Of a stretch of 64,000 bases of DNA, positions 1-64,000 are shown piece by piece. The translations under genes and the position numbers were made by a program. The stretch is from Bispira polyomma (Eukaryota). Within the stretch, counting starts at the first letter, position 1; every line of letters starts with the position of its first letter. The notes beneath the pieces were generated by a model. It was given only the letters and a program-made list of their open reading frames with translations, ran no database searches and was not told the DNA's origin. The DNA is taken from contig OZ287750.1 in NCBI GenBank assembly GCA_965649765.1, positions 46,004,001 through 46,068,000 of the forward strand. The letters run 5' to 3'.

Positions 1-373
1 TTTCACCCCTCTGTGTTACTCTTACACTCCCTGTTTGTGCATGTACCACCCATCTGACCCTACTCATGGGTTTCACCCCCTCTGTGTTACTCTTCCACTC
101 CCTGTTTTTACACATACCTGTCTTTACTCATGGGTTTCACTCCCTCTGTGTTACTCTTCCACTCCCTGTTTTTACACATACCTGTCCCTACTCATGGGTT
201 TCACCCCCTCTGTGTTACTCTTCCACTCCCTGTTTTTACACATACCTGTCTTTACTCATGGGTTTCACCCCCTCTGTGTAACTCTTCCACTCCCTGTTTT
301 TACACATACCTGTCTCTATTTATGGGTTTCACCCCCTCTGTGTTATTCTTCCACTCCCTGTTTTCACAATTAC

Positions 374-58214
<57,841 letters not shown>

Positions 58215-58229
<15 letters not shown>

Positions 58230-58402
58230 CTGAAAACAAATACAGTAAGAACTTCTATTATCTGAACTTATATTCTCAGGATATATACGATTTTAAAGGT
58301 CACTATAGAATGAAAATCAAAAATACAGTAAAACCTCTATTATCTGAACCTCTGTTATCACAATATGCACTTTTAAAGGTCACCTTGGACTGAAAACAAA
58401 AA
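58215..58402. repeat. 80-bp tandem repeat (2.3 copies; 3 junction copies) spanning the acceptor of exon 57994-58229
   Basis: aaaggt(t/c)ac...ga(c/a)tgaaaa at 58215, 58295, 58375. Confidence 0.85.
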
Positions 58403-59854
58403 ACACCATAACCACGGTCATCCTGCCCCCAATAATCTATTTTGTGAACTCTTTTCCAGTCTTTTAAATTCACATTTTCCTATTTTATTTTTGCAATATA
58501 CCCTTCTATTTCATGGAACCACCCATTAATCCACTGATATTAATTCACATTTTTTTGCAAAATAAGAAGAATATCATTAGAAATAGGAAGCCCTGAATAA
58601 TGTCCTAAATATTGACTACATGTGTGAGTTAATTTATGGAATAAATATTTTGAACAAATATAGACCTTTCTAAAAAATTCCCTTAAGTCTCAAACTTTAG
58701 TACAAAACAAAGAAGGTCACCTTCGGTTTTGTACAGCAACTGATCACATATTTCAGAAATTTCACCACTATGTCAGTAAACTTTCTCCAAAATATAAGTA
58801 ACTGTTAAGGCTGTACAAGTTACTGATATACATCACAATTATAAGGTGATATGTTACCTATGTCTGGTCAAATAACAACCTTGGCGAATACTTTCACCTT
58901 ACAATAAATTGTCTCTAAACATACATGACAAAGAGAGAAAATCGCAGTTACGGGTTAGCTCAAAATGTCTTAAAGCAAGCAAATTGTTTGTCTACATAAC
59001 AACAAATTAAGAAAAGGACAGTTTGAAATAGTTTAGATTATTATTTAATTGAATTGGAAGAACTAATTTAATTTAAGATGATAAGTAGGACCCCTTTAAC
59101 CAAAAAGATAACATTCATTTAACAACTGCAATTCAGTTAATATCATTGCTATAAAGGTTCACAAGAAAGGCACTTAAACTGTAGAAGCTGACCAGTAACT
59201 AGATTATGTGTATAGATCGATGAATAGACTGGGCAACTTTAATTCATTGTACTTCTCTCCATTAAGGGGGGGGGGGGGGCAGTACCATAGAAGTAAATGG
59301 ATGTCACACACAGGCTAAAAAATAGGTACAACAAGCATCCATTTCATAAGTGTGTCCAAATAGCAGTCCTTTGGAATTTGACTTGAAAGAGAGGACAGAC
59401 TACTGATTCTATTTTAACAGGTTCTATGCATATTATTCTGCCTTGTAGTATTTTTGTACTAAAAAATAGAAGAATCACCGAATACACCTTAAAAAAATTG
59501 TATCAAATGAAAGTACCTAAAAGCTCTGCAAACAATGCCATTTTAGTTTAAAAGAAAACCTGAGAAGTTTTTCGGAAATTGGAAAATTGTCACCAATAAT
59601 GGCTTTTTTAAGAAGTAGTAATCCAGAGTGGATTATTTTTTAGATGTTTGGGAATACTTTCTGGCCCAGTCATCTAATCAATTGTGCATGTCAGGTTAAT
59701 ATGGAGGTTACCTTCATGTACTCGCCGCTGATACCTTATTTTCGATTACCTAGAACTGTACATTTAGATGCATAAGAGATTTTTTTTTAAATATTCAGAG
59801 TTGTAATTACAGTACAAACTATGTAATCACTACTTCCGTGCTGTTGGCTTTGTT

Positions 59855-60487
59855 ATGTCCTGGTCACACCTTTCCGCTCTTAGCTATGTTGTGTCCCGTT
59901 TTGATAAGTTTCGCTAGTATAAACATAGTACAAGGTAATGACAAAGTGATGATCCCTGGTGCGTTCGTTCTGGGACGTTGCTTAACGGATGAGAAAGTTC
60001 CTGAAACGTCTCCGTTCGGTCTGCTGCCACGATTGTTTCAAACTGTTTGAAACAATCGTGACAAAGCTCCCGTTTCCCTACATTTCTCTATTCATCCTGG
60101 AACATTTTCCAAAGTAGCATAGATGTATCAGTAAGTAGCTCTACCTAGTAGTAAGTAGCGAGGAAGTCCCAGTAAGTAGTGGTATTGTCTCCACTCGTTG
60201 TATTTGTCGAGAAATGTTTCACTAAGTAGCAGAACACAACAGAACGCAGCTGTAAGTAGCAGTACAGTAGATCTATGTAGTAGTAGGTAGTGATATCCTA
60301 CCAGTAAAATTTTTGATTTTTACCCCCGCTACATGTGGATAAGTACGAAAATTGTCACAAAACGTCACAATCGACTACCCCTTTATGGAAATGACGTCAC
60401 TTTGACAACATTTTCAGTTTATATTGCTATGCTACATTGGAGGGGGGGGGGGGGGGGGGATCACACATGTAGGTGTGACCAGGTCAT
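59855..60487. mobile_element. Non-autonomous Harbinger-like DNA transposon
   Basis: TIR atgtcctggtcacacct...aggtgtgaccaggtcat in a tta/taa context; internal agta-rich repeats. Confidence 0.7.
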
Positions 60488-62331
60488 AAGGAATTAGACA
60501 AGTTCTAGCAAAAATATGAATAGTATGTCAAAAATGGTCAATATTGGTAAAGATAAAGTCTTTGAGAGTGTATATGTAAATTTTCTACATACATGTATAT
60601 ATTGAGTGTGCTCTTGTAAATAGTTTGTATGTCTCCTACTGCCTCAGATACTTTTTTTTTGTTTGCCATACATGTATTGACTATGTACCATGGGTACGAA
60701 ATAAACTATTATAAAGCCTTTATTTCCATGTACCAGATGGCCGTTAAAGCCAATGGCTGGCATCCAACACTGATTCTTTCACTTTTTTCCATGCAAAGTG
60801 TTTCCATGTATACCCGACACAGACTGCCAGTGAATGGTGCTGGCCAAACCTATATCAGCCTTAGTAGCCAATAAAATGCAGGTTTATTTTGACTACAAAT
60901 GAATATCTAATTTAGGTTATTTGGAGTGTTCAACACTTTTACTTTACTAAAATTAGTTAACTATTTACCATAACGTGGTCCTGTAAAAATTAACTTGCTG
61001 TAGTGAGTTATCAGTATCAAAAGTTACCTTTATACAGACAACATGATATTGTCTTGTCATGATAATAAACACACTTAGTTTGTATTAAACTAGAAGGCCA
61101 TTCAGAAGACCTCAAACGTCCCCCAAGGGACCAAGTGCCAAAAAGGGGGAACAAAATCCTGGATCCACTCTTTTGCTTATATCCACTCCAAAATATTCCT
61201 CCTTGGCCCACGCCCCATCCCTCCACCAACATTTATGTAAATTGGTTCAGTATTTCTAGCGTAATCCTTGCAACCAACTAATAGAGACAGGCCATAACCT
61301 AACCTTATTGGTTTGTAAAGACAAATGGCAGTCTAACTAAAATTCTAGTTTTTAATGATGTCACTGCTTTAGTGAAAATTGACTAATCATTATTACCTGT
61401 GTTACCTAACTTTTGAAATAAAGGTAGAACATTTGTTATACTTCCCTAAAACATCACTTTAGGGTGACAAACAATGCCCTTGTTTTGGCTAATTTTCTGT
61501 AATAATTGATGAATGCTTTTGGTTAGGTGGAGTGGTGTTCAAGGCTATTCTGCTCAGCAATCTTAGGCCATATTTTTTTTTAATGGAACTCGAGTGAAAG
61601 CTGTTTCTAAATTCATGCATGTGGAAATATCATATACTGGCGACTATCAATTTTAAGAACGCTTTTACCACTGAATTTAAATGTGCAGTCAGATTTTACT
61701 TAACATCACTCTTGAGCCAGAGTTATGGAAAGATTAAGCGTTGACCTTTCAAGAGTCTGAGTAGAGCTTGTTAATGTTTTAGAGAAGACATCCACAGGCT
61801 TTATAACTTTTGTCGGAGGTGGCACATATGTGGCCACGTCAAAGCTTGTAATATTAGGCTTCCTCAACTGTAATTGGACTGCCATATCTTTCACAAGCAG
61901 CTGCTTACTAAGGTGTTGCTATGGGTAGAAGTGTCATACCAGAAAAACTAGTGGCTAACAACAGTGATGCAAAAACCCCAATAAGACTACACTTCTCAGT
62001 TAAAATGCACAGATATTAAAAATATGAAGAAAACATATAGCACTGTAACCTTGATTATCCAAACACCTTGGAAGAGTAATAGTATGTTTAATTGTTACAG
62101 AAGCTTTATAAAAAAGAAAATATAAAATGTGGGAAATAGAGGAAAAGAGTTCATATGATTATTATCTGGGTATTCGATTTTATGAACTCATTTCCACTCC
62201 CATGTTTATATTTAAATCCCTACTGTTTAAAACTAAGTTATCTAATTTTACATACAGTATATGAACAAAGTGTTACTCTCCTTGTCCAGATAATAGGGGT
62301 TCTATTGTTTAATAGATATGAGTTAAGAAGT

Positions 62332-63365
62332 TTTCTAGCCACTCTGATTTACGCAAACTAGATAGTATTCAGGTTAATGCTATGAGGCTTGTGTCTGGTG
62401 CTCCTTTTAGATCAAACATTCGCTCACTCTTTGAGGAACTAGGCTGGCAAAATTTATGCAGTAGGCGTGAACAGCATGTGTTGATAATGATGTATAAAAT
62501 TACACATGATTTAGCTCCGAGTTATCTAAAAATCTTAATTCCTCCTACAATTGGAAGTACCATCACATATCAACTTCGAAACCGACATGATTTTCAGTTT
62601 CCAAAATGTAGAATAAATATGCATCAAAGTTTCTTCATTCCAGCTGGGTTAAAACTCTGGAATGAACTTGACAACTCACTCAAATATGCAACAACTCTCT
62701 CTACATTCAAATACATATTACGCAAACGACAATTTAAGTGTAATGAAAAACTAGTTAAATTCCGTAAAAAATTGTTTGTTGAAGGTGAACGGTACTGGAA
62801 TGCAATTCATGCTAGAATGCGCATGAACTGTAGCCCTCTTAAGGAACACCTCACAAAATATTTACATGTCTTGAGCAATTGCACTTGTGACTGTGGCCTA
62901 TCTGATGAAAATAATACACATTTCCTTTTAGATTGTATAAACTATGCCATACCGAGACAGTTAATGTTAGCTAAATTATATGATATTCCTGCTGTTACAA
63001 GTGAAACTCTATTATTTGGTAGCCTTGACTTGACATTTGAACAAAACCAGAAAATATTTCGAACAGTTCAAGAATTTTTAAGGGAAACAAACCGGTTTCA
63101 TAGTTTTTGATCGCTACAGTGCCCACACACCATATTAGATTTTTGTTGCCTAAATATGGGTTACACTTATGCCTAAAATGATATGCGTATACCCTGGGAT
63201 GCATGGATGGACGGAAGGGGGTGTCTTATAACCCCCGGAACTCTTTCGAACTCGCTGGGGGGAAGAAAAAACCTCAAGCTTAAACTCAAAACTTAAATGA
63301 AAGCCATATTGTCGAAGTCCCTCTGTACATAAACATTCTGTATCAGTAGCCATTTATGTTGAAGA
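62332..63365 (+). mobile_element. 5'-truncated CR1/L2-group LINE; ORF2 C-terminus still open (62382-63110), antisense to otof
   Basis: LDSIQVNAMRLVSGA...LGWQNL..RR...SFFIPAGLKLWNEL...CDCGLSDENNTHFLLDC (post-RT region plus zinc-binding motif); 3' boundary approximate. Confidence 0.88.
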
Positions 63366-64000
63366 GTTTACAGTGCTGTATTCAAATTTACAGTCACATT
63401 TTACTTAACTATACACTAGCCAGGGAAAATAGAGGGCCTCAGGTTTGAAATTCACTCTGAGCTGACGCTGGATGGTTTTGGAGGATACAGGCATTGGATC
63501 ATAGAATTACAATTACTGCACGACGCACATGCTAAATGATAAAATCACATGAACTTGAAAATATATGGTGTAAACCTATAAATATATTAAATATTAAAAA
63601 TAACAGATTAGCACACACACACAACAGCTGAAAAGTACCACAAAGAGAATTGACTTTTAAGTTGCACCAAATCTACATGCAAAGCCTTTGAGGTCATTAA
63701 TAAAAGTCAATTTCAGCCCAAAGATAAGCTTCCCTGTGGTAAACTACTGAGACTCTGAGTCGCTGTAATACACATGGGGTCTCACGCAGAAATGTTAGAA
63801 AATTGGTCTCTGTGGCAATGCAAAACGAACCGGATTAAGAAAAATGAACTTCTGAGTATCTCAGGGAACTAGAAGTCTTACAAACAAAGCGGCACTCGTC
63901 CATCACAATGTCAGACAATTTCTCTCTGAGGCGAGCAGATCATACAAAGAAATTTATATATATATACACAATGGATATAAATTACTGAAACAAAAGCTCA

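Noticed and set aside
61706-61894. 62-aa minus-strand ORF as a possible upstream otof exon
   Set aside because: No similarity to C2A and no convincing splice sites; upstream C2A exons appear to lie beyond the window.

Overview
AT-rich eukaryotic (metazoan, probably mollusc or other lophotrochozoan; inferred from repeat content) genomic DNA with one 142-N gap (1082-1223). The whole window appears to lie inside one large minus-strand gene, an otoferlin-like type-2 ferlin. I traced 14 exon positions (15 exons) by hand between 58229 and 374. All have GT-AG boundaries and consistent phases, giving 1826 nt (~608 aa) from the end of C2A through C2B, FerI and C2C into the acidic linker; the gene start and end lie outside the window. 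Introns contain tRNA-derived SINEs, L2/CR1-group LINE 3' fragments, a Helentron-like element and many MITEs. Two things stand out. (1) A duplicated pair of 85-nt exons in the C2B domain looks mutually exclusive. (2) Six of the exons carry tandem arrays built from their own exon-intron junction, which place copies of splice sites in the adjacent intron. Comparisons to human OTOF are from memory, not from an alignment run here.
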